50,843 nt of DNA from contig NC_057718.1 in NCBI RefSeq assembly GCF_004010195.1, positions 90,231,274 to 90,282,116 of the forward strand, read 5' to 3'. The stretch comes from Chiloscyllium plagiosum (lineage: Eukaryota). Below, piece after piece: positions 1-11,202 of this stretch. Position numbers and translations under genes: made by a program. How positions within the stretch are numbered: position 1 is the first letter of the stretch; every line of letters begins with the position of its first letter. The notes under the pieces are model-generated. The model was not told the origin of the DNA. It saw nothing but the letters and a program-made list of their open reading frames with translations, and did no database searches.

Positions 1-546
1 GACATTTTGGTGAATTTTGGGAATATTACATTCAGTTCTGGTCTCCCTGCTAAAGGAAAGTTGTTGTGAAACATGAAAGGGCTCAGAAAAGATTTATAAG
101 GATGTTGCCAGGGTTGGAGGTTTTGAGCTATAGGGAGAGGCTGGGGCTGTTTTCCCTGGAACATTGGAGGCTGAGGTTGCAGAGGTTTATAAAATCATGA
201 GGGGCATGGATAGGGTGAATAGTCAAAGTCTTTTCCTAATTGTAGGGGAGTCCAGAACTCAAGGCTATAGGCTTAGGGTGAGAGGTGGAAGATTTAAAAA
301 GGACCTGTGGGGCAATTTTTCACGCAGAGGGTGGTACGTGTACGGAATGAACTGCCAGAGGGAGTGATGGAGGTTGTTACAATTACAACATTTAAAAGAC
401 ATCTGGTTGGGTACATAAATAAGAAGAGTTTACAGGGATATGGGCCAAATGCTGGCAAATAGAACTAGATTAATTTCAAATATCTGGTCAGCATGGATAA
501 GTTGGACTGAAGGTTCTGTTTCCATACTGTACACCCCTATGATTCT
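1..546 (+). mobile_element. CR1 LINE 3' fragment (ORF2 C-terminus and 3' UTR)
   Basis: Translates to EVYKIMRGMDRVNSQSLF...SRTQGYRLRVRGGRFKKDL, typical of the CR1 ORF2 end; terminates in ctatgattct. Confidence 0.9.
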
Positions 547-947
547 CAGTAGACTTGACACTGTTACCACATCCTTCAGACTGGGTGGGTTGGGGTGTAG
601 TCTACTCATTCGGTGATAAACATTCCCTTCATGGTTCAAAGTGGAATTATTTCAGATGGCCTGACCCATTTCCACGCTCCTGGTAGTTTGCACAAATTGC
701 CGCCTTCTTGATGATCCCAGTGCAGAGGGCTGAATTATGAAGTGAGAGTTCAGGGAAATACTGGTGAGAGTTTAATTTGGGTCAGCTCTGGTCAGTTACT
801 TTTGAGTTTCGGGGGGGAGGGGGAAGCGGGTGTGAGTGGTGGGGAGGTGGGGTTGTGGAGAATGCGGAGAGTGAGGGGGGATTGAAGGAGGATTTGGTGG
901 TGTGCAGGTTTCGCTATGTCAAAGGAGCTCATCAGAGTGGGTTTTAA

Positions 948-990
948 AAAAAATTCATTCACAGGATGAGGGTGTCGCTGGCTAGGAAAA
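948..990 (-). mobile_element. 3' tail fragment of tRNA-SINE family B
   Basis: attcattcacaggatgagggtgtcgctggctagg is the reverse complement of the tail seen at ~3740-3780 and ~33340-33380. Confidence 0.6.
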
Positions 991-994
991 GCAC

Positions 995-1562
995 TGGAAA
1001 ACCAGATGTAGGAAAACAGGATGAGCCAGTGAATTTTGTTGGAGTGGTAATGGAAATCACAGTGGAGGCTAGAAAGCTATACTAGAATGTACGAGCTGGT
1101 CGGAGGTTGGTTAAGGAGGAAATGCCAGATCTTCTTAAACCATATACCTGTGATGGTAGAGTTTACTCACATGGGCCAGGAGCAGCTGGTAAAGAGGTTA
1201 CAATGTTAAGAGATACAGGATCCTCTCAATCTGTGATGTTGAAAGATGAGTAGGTATGTACCTCTGAAGGACTATTACCAGAAAAGGTGCTAGTAACAGG
1301 AATTCACGATGAGACAAGAAGCGCTCAATTATGTAGAGTGAGGTTAGAGTGTCCAGTGAGGAGTGGAGAAGTCATAGTAGAGGTACTGGACAAACTCTCA
1401 GCTCAAGGAATACAATTTGTCCTTGCTAATGACATAACTGGTTCACAGGTGGGAGTGCTGCCTACTGTGGTTGAAAAGCCAGTGGAAACTCAGGCAACTG
1501 AACTATTGCAGGACAGATGTCAGATTTTTTCTGGACTGTGTGGTAATGAGGTCACCAGTTAA
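995..1562 (+). mobile_element. Gypsy-type LTR retrotransposon gag/aspartic protease fragment (disrupted)
   Basis: VTMLRDTGSSQSVM protease-like motif (~1197-1240) followed by GIQFVLANDITG; contains in-frame stops. Confidence 0.75.
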
Positions 1563-1574
1563 AACAAAAGAGAT

Positions 1575-2049
1575 CAGAATATAGAATAACAACCTATCCA
1601 AAATCCCAACAGATTATCCCAATTTGGTGATGCTGTTCCAAATTCCTACAATAATCCCCATAAACACCCCTGGGCAAAAAATGATAAAATCAAACACAAG
1701 GTCTTGTGGGACGGAGAGAGGGAGAGAGAGAGAGATGGTAGAGAGATTCAGCATGGAACACCTTATTCCATGTAACTGTTTCTTTGACCAGCAGCCTCAT
1801 AAAGCTGACTGACTGCTTTCTCTGAACAGCCAGACTGCTCACACCAAACCAAACCAGAGAAAAGCTGAACTGGGAAAGCTGGCCACTCCCCTTTCATTGA
1901 ACAAGTGTTTAAACCTTGCAATATCTGTTAGCTATTATAAAACTGGCCTTAAAACCCACCCAAGCCAGACCTCCCGGAGTCTCTGCATTTACGACCCCTC
2001 CAAAAAACGCCAAAGGCATCATAACCTTATTAATGGAGCAGCATCATCA
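1575..2049 (-). mobile_element. Partial LTR, same family as 19954-20790 and 34060-34696
   Basis: Shares gatgctgttccaaat...taatcccca-aaacacccc and gcatcataacct with the 34060-34696 copy. Confidence 0.7.
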
Positions 2050-2490
2050 GAGGGTGGGGAGAAGGCTCATAGAAATGCTTTCATGCTTGAGACACTCTGG
2101 CTGTGTAAAAATATCGTTGAAGTTGGGCCTGGGCTCTCTGGAGAAGAGATGGTTGTGAGATTTGATTAAGGTATTCAAAAACTTGAAGAGATTGTACAGA
2201 GTAGAACTGCTCCCGTTGGTGGAAGGGTTGTGAGCCAGAGGGCAAAGATTTAAAGTATTCGGCAAAGAAAAGCAATGGTGACCTGAAGAAAATCTTTTTT
2301 TATACAGTGTGTGGTTAGGATCTGGAATACTGTGCCTGGTGGGGGGGCAGTGTCTATTCACAGGGAATTGGATTGTTTGCAGAGCGAGGAGGAATTGACC
2401 GTGGAGTTGCATGAGGTAAATTATTCCTTCAGAGGCCCAGCACAGATATGATGGGCTGAATATCTTCTTCCCTTGCTGTAGCCATTTAAC
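2050..2490 (+). mobile_element. Diverged CR1 3' fragment
   Basis: LGLGSLEKRWL, agagggcaaagatttaaagta and gatgggctgaatatcttcttccct tail. Confidence 0.7.
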
Positions 2491-2764
2491 ATATTTAAAA
2501 AGAAGTCAGATAAACACACAGAGATGGGATGGGAGTGGACAGAGGCTCATTACCTCTCCTTAATCTTATTCCTCAGAAAAGCAATGAAGTAACTGGTTCC
2601 AATTGACCCCTCACCTCCTTGAATTGGAATACAACAGCCTGGGAAGCAATGAAGTGAAATAGAAACACATGTAAACTGTAGAGCCCCTCCAACCTGCACC
2701 TCCATATTGTAAGATTCCAGCAGATCTTTTACCTCAACCCCACTTTCCCCCCATCTCCTTTTTT

Positions 2765-3072
2765 TTAGATTAGATTCCCCTACAGCGTGGAAACAGGCCA
2801 TAAGTCCACATTGATCCTCCGAAGAGTAACTCACCCAGACCCATTCCCGTCTGACTAATGCACCTAACACTGTGGGCAACTTAGCATGGCCAATTCACCT
2901 GACCTGCACATCTTTGGACTGTGGGAGGAAACCAGACCGCCCAGAGGAACCCTACGCAGATGCGGGGAGAACGTGGAAATTCCACACAGACATTCGCCCA
3001 AGGCGGGAGTCAACCCCAGGGTCCCTGGTGCTGTGAGGCTGCAGTACTAACTACTGAGCCACCGTGCCGCCC
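2765..3072 (-). mobile_element. HE1-type V-SINE
   Basis: tRNA-like head, V-domain, CR1-like tail with (tagat)n; near-TSD cccatctccttt/cccatttccttt. Confidence 0.9.
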
Positions 3073-3464
3073 CATTTCCTTTGGATTTCCTTATGATCTT
3101 AGCCTTGAAAAAACGTAAGGAGTGAACATCCATAGATCTCTGTAGTGAGGTAATTAGCCATAGTCCAAAAAGTCATCTCTGGCCCTTAGAGAGAGACAAT
3201 GGGCTCTAGGAAGCTTGAGAGAAATCATTCCAATGGGAAGGGAAGGAATCAAGGTCTCCATGAACTGCTACCACCAACATTAGGGACTGAGATGGCAGTC
3301 TTGGCTTTACTCTGCATTGCATTCTGGTGTTGAGCTAAGTGAGCTTGCTGACATCCCCACATACCCTGTGGTAGAAACAAATTATTAACACAGCACCAGT
3401 TGCTTTCTCTCTCATTCCCGCCATACCCCTCCCCACCCACCCCAAACGCATACACAAAGCAGAA

Positions 3465-3780
3465 GGTGACGGCATAGTGGTATTATCACTGAGCTGTTAA
3501 TCTGGAGTCTCAGGTAATGTTCTGGGGGACCTGGGTTCCAGTCCTGCCTCAGCAAATGGTGGGGATTGAATCCAATAAAAATCAGGGATTAAGGATCTTA
3601 ATGATGACTATGAATACCCATGTGGTTCACTAATGACCTTTAGGGAAGGAAGCTGCTGGCCCACTTGTGACTCCAGACCCACAGCAATGTGGTTCTCTCT
3701 TAACTGACCTCTAGGCAATTGGGGATGGGCAATAAATGCTGGCCCAGTCAGTGATGTGGTCATCCTGTGAATGAATTTTA
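3465..3780 (+). mobile_element. tRNA-derived SINE family B (family name not determined)
   Basis: ggcatagtggt...gggttccagtcc head, tagggaagga...gtgactccagacccacagcaatgtgg core, catcctgtgaatgaat tail; recurs at 25130 and 32565. Confidence 0.8.
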
Positions 3781-4096
3781 AGAGGTACACAGTTATACGC
3801 AAGCATCATTTGATAATGTATTATTTATTTAAATCGTGATTTGGTTAAATCATCAGTGTTATGCCTTGTGACTTCATGGCAAATTAGAAAACATGATGCA
3901 GTTGCTGAAATTCCAAAAGAGAAAATGTTTCAAGGAGCTTTGTGCTGCATGCTGGAGATGATGCAGTTGGCATTTTGCAGAAATAGAGTGAAAGGTTGTG
4001 TTGCAGGGCTGTGCCCATTTTGAATCCTGTTACATTTGAGTAAGCCCCCAAATGGAGCAGATACTGGGATATTCAGCAAAATCTCCTAGATGTCGA

Positions 4097-4249
4097 AGCA
4101 GCATTAAGAGGTGGAGAAGTTGATGTTTGGAGAAGGGCCACACCCGAAATGTCGACTTCTCCACCTTCTGATGTTGCCTGGCGTGCTGTGTTCATCCAGC
4201 CTCCTCCTGTCTACTTTGGATCCCAGCATCTGCAGTGTGTTTGTCTCTA
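4097..4249 (+). mobile_element. Old palindromic Penelope-like 3' mini-insertion with decayed hammerhead
   Basis: Inverted arms 4097-4128 and 4147-4178; agaagggccacacccgaaatgtcg; ccagcatctgcagt tail. Confidence 0.7.
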
Positions 4250-4365
4250 GTTTTGGGAAAGCAGGGACATGTTTTAAATATGCGACAACTTAACATGAGT
4301 TGGGAAAATCCTGTTTGCCCATTTGTTTTTGAGCAGAATTACAGAAAGAACGACCCAATGAAATG

Positions 4366-4663
4366 GGATGATATGGTGGCTCAATGGTTAACACTGCTGC
4401 CTCACAGCACTAGGGACCCAGGTTAGATTCCAGCCTCGAGCTACTGTCTGTGTGGTGTTTGCACATTCTCCCTGTGTCTGCGTGGATTTTCTCCAGGGGC
4501 TCTGGTTTCCTCCCATAGTCCAAAGATGTGTGGGTTGGGTGGATTGGCCATGGGAAACGTGGGTTTACAGGGATGGGATAGGTTTTGGTCGGGATGCTCT
4601 TCAGGGGGTTGCTGTGGACTTGATGGGCCGAATGGCCTGCTTCCACACTGCAGGGATTCTATG
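4366..4663 (+). mobile_element. HE1-type V-SINE
   Basis: tggtggctcaatggtta head, V-domain, ggattctatga tail. Confidence 0.9.
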
Positions 4664-5727
4664 AAAGCTGTAATTTCTGATCTGAACTTGTTGATCCTTT
4701 TGTAAATGTTTATAATGCACATCTAAACTAAGGTGAATAAGCCACTGCTCACTTTGTGTAGACTCACATCATACTGCATTCTTTTAAACACAGGGTACGG
4801 GACCAATCACTGATTCCTTTCTTTGTTTTGTTTTCCTAAAGTAAGCTGCAGGTTTTTAGAGACTTTCTTTTGGGAACGCGGCACTGGATTATGGATCCCC
4901 CTTGAGTTCATGGAATATGCAGACTGCATTGATCTTCACTTATTATATCAGACGTCAATAATCCAAGAGAGGAAGAAGGATATTGGAACCAAAGTGTGAC
5001 TGACGTCTTGAATTCTGAAATGTAGCTAACGAATAAAGTTGTTGAGAAATGAGGCCCCCCGTGCATCTTTAACTCCAATCGCCTTTGTGATTTTTTTTTC
5101 AAAATGCCTTTCGTCATATTTTCAGGTGTTCATGTTCCGCAAAGCTTTGGATGTGGTGGTCCCTGTGATATTCCCAAGTATGGCACAACATTCAGTTCTA
5201 CGCGGTTATCATTCAGAACCTGTACGGCTAACTATAGGGCACTGCGAAGGGCAGCCATCAGGAAACAAAACAATAACTTATGTCATATCCCTCTGAATTT
5301 TCACATTGGTTATAAAAAAGTTGTACAGTGTTAATCCACCGAGAGAAAAAAAAACCCCGTGGGAACGATTGGAAACTGTAGATTTGATAATCAGCCAATT
5401 ACCAAATAGAAACTCTTTATCAAATGCCAAGGACTGGTAATCCAACTGGTTCATGGAATGTCATAACAAATAGATTTAGTTGTATGCTGCAGTGTTATAG
5501 AACATAGAAAACTACAGCACAGAACAGGCCCTTCAGTCCACGATTATCTATTCAAATCCCGGGTTTTTCCCTGCATGAGAAAGTAAAAGAGAAAATGTCA
5601 CTGAAAGAAATTTCCCGCTCCCTTTCTATGTAGTTTCATAACTGTCTCATATCAACTTTTGAGAAGATTTGTAGCTCAGGTTGATGATAAGTATGTAAGT
5701 TAGCTCACTGAGCTGGAAGGTTTGTTT

Positions 5728-5767
5728 TCAGATGTTTCATCACCATATCAAGTAACATCATCAGTGA
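5728..5767 (-). ncRNA. Minimal type I hammerhead ribozyme motif (PLE)
   Basis: Minus strand tca-CTGATGA-t-gttac..gtgat-GAAA-ca-TC-tga; 3-bp stem I; G-U at the base of stem II and ACAT stem III suggest CpG decay. Confidence 0.6.
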
Positions 5768-6259
5768 GTCTCCGGTGAAATGCTAGTGGTATGTCCTGCC
5801 TCTCTATTTATAGGTCTTAGTTACTTAAGGTGGATAATGTCATTTCTGGTTCAACTTTTCTTAAAAGGAAGATAGATAGGATCCAAATTTATGTGTTTAT
5901 TGATGGAGCTCTGGTTAGAATGCCAGGTCTCTAAGAATTCTCGTGCGTGTCTTTGTTTCGCCTGTCCTAGGATGTGTGTGTTGTCCCAGTCAAAGTGGTG
6001 GCCTTCTTTCTCTGTATGTATGAACACGATTTTGACTGGGACAACGCACACATCGTTGGACAGGCAAAGCAAAGACACACACGAGAATTCTTCGAGGCAT
6101 GGCATTCTAATCAGAACTCCATCAATAAACACATCGACTTATTTCCCATCTGCCTTCTCTTGAGAAAATGAACCAAAAATAACATCACCCACCTTGAGCA
6201 ACCAAGACCTATAAATAGGGAGGCGGGACATACCACCAGCGCTTCACCAGAGACTCCCT

Positions 6260-6294
6260 CTGATGATGTTACCCAGTCATGGTGACGAAACATC
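6260..6294 (+). ncRNA. Minimal type I hammerhead ribozyme motif (PLE)
   Basis: CTGATGA-t-GTTACC-cagtcat-GGTGAC-GAAA-ca-TC. Confidence 0.65.
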
Positions 6295-7035
6295 TGAAAA
6301 CAAACCTTCCAGCTCAGCAAGCTAACTTACATACTTATTGTCTATTATGCTAAGGATTTTCTTGTTAAGATTTGATCATTTTAGAGGGCCAACAGCTGAG
6401 AGGTTGATAAAACCCGATTGATCACTTCAACATTACCCAACAGCTCCTTGTCACTTACCCGTCCCCATCAATCCTCCCACATTTGATGTCCTCTGGTTCC
6501 AGTGTAACATGGTTGCTTAGAATTATAGGAAGGCAGGCTCAATTGAAAACGTATAAAGTACTAAATAAACAGGAAACACAAAAGGGACAATCAGTTTCAG
6601 AGATTACTGACAAGAAAAAGTGAAACCGCAGAAGTGAAACAAGAATAATATGATCTTGTTCTCGTAATATCAATGTGATGTCTTCCATTTTATTTTGAAA
6701 AAAATACTTATTGTTAAAGGGAGACTTTTCCCTTGAAAGCCCCTTTTACTTGGAAACAAAACAAAAAAATTATGTGGCGTCCTTCTGAATTTTCACATTT
6801 GTTATAAGTAACTGTACTGTGTTAAACCACCAGATAGACTGAATAAAGAGCCTTCTGAGAAAAACAAAGAGTTCAAAGGATCGGAAAGTGCAGACTGTCA
6901 TTGCGCAGCTCTGAGGAGTTACAGAGTATTGTCATTACACTGAAAGGAGGGGTGTGTGGGATATTCTCACTTCATTGAAGGGGGTTGTGGGAGATTAGCA
7001 TTATATTGTGGGGGGAATGGGATATTGTCATTATA

Positions 7036-7079
7036 NNNNNNNNNNNNNNNNNNNNNNNNNNNNNNNNNNNNNNNNNNNN
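7036..7079. other. Assembly gap (44 N) inside the minisatellite
   Basis: Run of N. Confidence 1.
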
Positions 7080-9662
7080 TGAGTGTGATATTGTCATTAC
7101 ACTGAGAGGGGTGTGTGGGATATTGTCATTACACTGAGGGTGTGTGTGATGTTGTCATTACACTGAGGGGTGAGTGTGATATTGTCATTACACTGAGAGG
7201 GGTGTGTGGGATATTGTCATTACACTGAGGGTGTGTGTGATGTTGTCATTACACTGAGGGGTGAGTGTGATATTGTCATTACACTGAGAGTGGGGTGTGG
7301 GATATTGTCATTACACTGAGGGGGTTGTGTGGGATATTGTCATTACACTGAAAGGGGTGCAGTATATTGTAATTACATTGAGGAGGGTGTGGGATATTGT
7401 CATTACACTGAGGGTGTGTGTGATGTTGTCATTACACTGAGGGGTGAGTGTGATATTGTCATTACACTGAGAGGGGTTTGTGGGATATTGTCATTACACT
7501 GATGGGGATGTGTGGGATATTGTCATTACACTGAGAGGGGTGCAGTATATTGTAACTACATTGAGGAGGGTGTGGGATATTGCCATTACACTGAGGGGTG
7601 TGTGTGATATTGTCATTACACTGAGGGATGAGTGTGATATTGTCATTACACTGAGAGGGGTGTGTGGGATATTGTCATTACACTGAGGGTGATGTGGGAA
7701 ATTGTCATTACACTGAGAGGGGTGTGTGGGATATTGTCATTACACTGAGGGTGATGTGGGAAATTGTCATTATACTGAGAGGTGTTGTGGGGATATTGTC
7801 ATTACACTGAGTGGGGTGTGGGATATTGTCATTACACTGAGGGTGTGTGTGATGTTGTCATTACACAGAGGGGTGTGTGGGATATTGTCATTACACTGAG
7901 AGGGGTGTGTGGGATATTGTCATTACACTGAGGGTGATGTGGGAAATTGTCAATACACTGAGTGGGGTGTGGGATATTGTCATTACACTGAGTGAGGTGT
8001 GGAATATTGTCATTACACTGAGTGAGGTGTGGGATATTGTCATTACACTGAGGGGTGTGTGTGAGATATTGTTATTACACTGAGAGGGGTGCAGTACATT
8101 GTCATTACATTGAGGAGGGTGTGGATATTGTCATTTCACTGAGGGGGTTGTGTGGGATATTGTCATTACACTGAGAGGGGTGCAGTATATTGTAATTACA
8201 TTGAGGAGGGTGTGGGATATTGTCATTACACTGAGGGTGTGTGTGATATTGTCATTACACTGAGGGGTGAATGTGATATTGTCATTACACTGAGAGGGGT
8301 GTGTGGGATATTGTCATTACACTGAGAAGGGTGTGTGGGATATTGTCATTACACTGAGGGTGATGTGGGAAATTGTCACTACACTGAGTGGGGTGTGGGA
8401 AATTGTCATTACACTGAGTGAGGTGTGCAATATTGTCATTACACTGAGTGAGGTGTGGGATATTGTCATTACACTGAGGGGTGTGTGTGAGATATTGTCA
8501 TTACACTGAGAGGGGTGCAGTATATTGTCATTACATTGAGGAGGGTGTGGGATATTGTCATTACACTGAGTGGGGTGTGGGATATTGTCATTACACTGAG
8601 GGGGTTGTGTGGGATATTGTCATTACACTGAAAGGGGTGCAGTATATTGTAATTACATTGAGGAGAGTGTGGGATATTGTCATTACACTGAGAGGGGTGC
8701 AGTATATTGACATTACATTGAGGAGGGTGTGGGATATTGTCATTACACTGAGGGGTGTGTGTGTTGTCATTACATTGAGGGGTGTGTGTGAGATATTGTC
8801 ATTACACTGAGGGGAGTGCAGTATATTGTCATTACATTGAGGAGGGTGTGGGATATTGTCATTACACTGAGTGGGGTGTAGGATATTGTCATTACACTGA
8901 GGGGGTTGTGTGGGATATTGTCATTACACTGAAAGGGGTGCAGTATATTGTAATTACATTGAGGAGGGTGTGGGATATTGTCATTACACTGAGGGTGTGT
9001 GTGTGATGTTGTCATTACACTGAGGGGTGAGTGTGATATTGTCATTACACTGAGAGCGGTGTGTGGGATATTGTCATTACACTGAGGGGGATGTGTGGGA
9101 TATTGTCATTACACTGAGAGGGGTGCAGTATATTGTAACGACATTGAGGAGGGTGTGGGATATTGTCATTACACTGAGGGGTGTGTGTGATATTGTCATT
9201 ACACTGAGAGGGGTGTGTGTGATATTGTCATTACATTGAGGAGGATGTGGGATATTGTCATTACACTGAGGGGGGTTATGGGATATTGTCATTACACTGA
9301 GTAGGGCTGTGTGGGATATTGTCATTACACTGAGGGGGGTGTGGGAAATTGTCATTACACTGAGTGGGGCTGTGTGGGATATTGTCATTACACTGAGGGG
9401 GGTGTGGGTTATTGTCATTACACTGAGTGGGGCTGTGGGATATTGTCATTACATTGAGGGGAGTGTGGAGTATTGTCATTACACTGAGGGTGGAGTGGGA
9501 TATTGTCATTACACTGAGTGGGGCTGTTTGGGAAATTGTCATTACACTGAGTGGGGAAGTGGGATATTATCATTACACTGAGGGGAGTGTGGATTATTGT
9601 CATTAAACTGAGTGGGGTGTGGGATATTGTCATTACACTGAGTGGGGCTATGTGGGATATTG

Positions 9663-9878
9663 CTGAAAATGTGTTGCTGGAAAAGCGCAGCAGGTCAAGC
9701 AGTATCCAAGGAACAGGAGAATTGACGTTTCGGGTATAAGCCCTTCTTCAGGAAGGGCTTCGGGCTTATGCCCGAAATGTCGATTCTCCTGCTCCTTGGA
9801 TGCTGCCTGACCTGCTGCGCTTTTCCAGCAACACATTTTCAGCTCTGAGCTCCAGCATCTGCAGTCCTCACTTTCTCC
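9663..9878 (+). mobile_element. Palindromic Penelope-derived mini-insertion in the minisatellite
   Basis: Inverted arms spanning 9662-9843, ~35 bp tail; TSD tatgtgggatattg at 9649-9662 and 9879-9892. Confidence 0.9.
9724..9751 (-). ncRNA. Minimal hammerhead ribozyme core
   Basis: Minus strand CTGAAGA-a-gggcttataccc-GAAACGTC. Confidence 0.65.
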
Positions 9879-11141
9879 TATGTGGGATATTGTCATTACA
9901 CTGAGGAGGATGTGTGGGATATTGTCATTACACTGAGGGGGGTATAGTATATTGTCATTAAACTGAGTGGGGTGTGGGATATTGTCATTACACTGAGTGG
10001 GGGTGTGGGATATTGTCATTACACTGAGGGGGGTGTGCGTTATTGTCAATACACTGGGGGAAGGTGTGGGTTATTGTCAATAGACTGGGCGCTGTGTGGG
10101 TTTTTTTATTTGTTCAAAAGTTGTATGGGCATAGTCCTTTCACCTAGGGGTGTTGCAAAATCTACATTCTTCATTTTACTTTATCTTTGATTGTGGACTG
10201 AATTGGGTAAAGGAATGTCTGACAACAAACGGCCAAGGAAGGGGTTGCTGTACTTTTAAAACACAAATTACTGGAACTCATTATGTGTGGTGTTTACACT
10301 GTTTTGTTCAAGCAGTGGTGGGGGGGGGGGGGTGTGATGTTTGCGGACTACTACCCTGCTCTGGGGTTCTGTGCACAAAGTTAGATTTTGTCAGCAACAG
10401 GTTGCTGATTGGTTTGTAAAGTTGTGACCAGTTGTGAATGCCAAAAGCCTGATGCCAGTAATCTGATTGCCTCCTGAGTACCTGAAGCTTGTGGGTGTAA
10501 AACAATACTGCCAGAAGTCTTTGGACTTCTAAGAGGGCAGGTGGTGTATCTCTCCAGTACAATGATTTAAGCTTGAAGAAAGCCAATTTATTTTCTCCCA
10601 CTGGTTGCTGGAAGGTGTTGCTTTTAACTATTAAGTCAGAGAATTTATTAGTTTTGGACTAGTTGTTTTGTGCCTCCTTTGAAGAAGTGAAAAAAAAAAC
10701 CTGAGGGTTAAAAAAAAGTCAGAGAAATGAAGGACTTGCACATCCAAAGGAGTACCTGATTAATCTGGAGAACGATGCCGTTGAACAGTATTCCCAGTTT
10801 TTTATTCCTTACCTACAATACATTTTTATGTCTGTATATGTGGGTAGGAGGGATTTAGAATGGGGCAAGAGATTTAACAATTGGAGTTATATCTTGGACA
10901 ATCATAGTAGTTTATCTGCAGATTGAATATTTCATTTTTAGTAAATAGTATTTCTTGTTAAGTACAGAAACCTAGACTGTGTTATCTGTCAACCTGTGCC
11001 AATCAGAGAAGTAAATTAGTGACTTTGCGCGTATCAATTGTAGTTTTTTACATTTGTAGGGCTTAATTTCCCATGTTTTTAAATCAGAGTGGTACTGGAA
11101 AAGCACAGCAGGTCAGGCAGCATCCGAGGAGCAGAAAAATC

Positions 11142-11169
11142 GACGTTTCAGGCAAAAGCCCTTCATCAG
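11142..11169 (-). ncRNA. Minimal hammerhead ribozyme core
   Basis: Minus strand CTGATGA-a-gggcttttgcct-GAAACGTC. Confidence 0.6.
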
Positions 11170-11174
11170 GAATA

Positions 11175-11202
11175 CCGATGAAGGGCTTTTGCCCGAAACG
11201 TT
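11175..11202 (+). ncRNA. Variant hammerhead core (U4C, GUU site)
   Basis: CCGATGA-a-gggcttttgccc-GAAACGTT. Confidence 0.45.

Larger units (their letters stand above)
5657..6338. mobile_element. Penelope-like element: inverted duplication of GIY-YIG C-terminus plus pLTR
   Basis: Both arms encode HxFDWDNxHIxGQAKQRHxREFxExWHSNQxSINKHI; inverted repeat 5687-6338 centred near 6020; ~30 bp unique tail 5657-5686. Confidence 0.9.
6925..10140 (+). repeat. G-rich minisatellite, unit ~28-31 bp (gggatattgtcattacactgagggg(tg)n), roughly 100 copies
   Basis: Directly visible; degenerate at both edges; more degenerate units at ~11344-11475. Confidence 0.97.

Noticed and set aside
995..2049. Intact LTR retrotransposon
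   Set aside because: Only a short protease-region fragment, adjoining a partial LTR in apparently opposite orientation; no RT or integrase
6925..10140. CRISPR-like array (conserved ~19-nt core with variable intervening sequence)
   Set aside because: Intervening parts are ~10-nt low-complexity G/T variants rather than unique spacers; eukaryotic context; no cas genes
7480..10190. Repetitive ORFs (WDIVITLR / MTISHTPLSV / GYCHYTE)
   Set aside because: Translation by-products of the minisatellite in multiple frames
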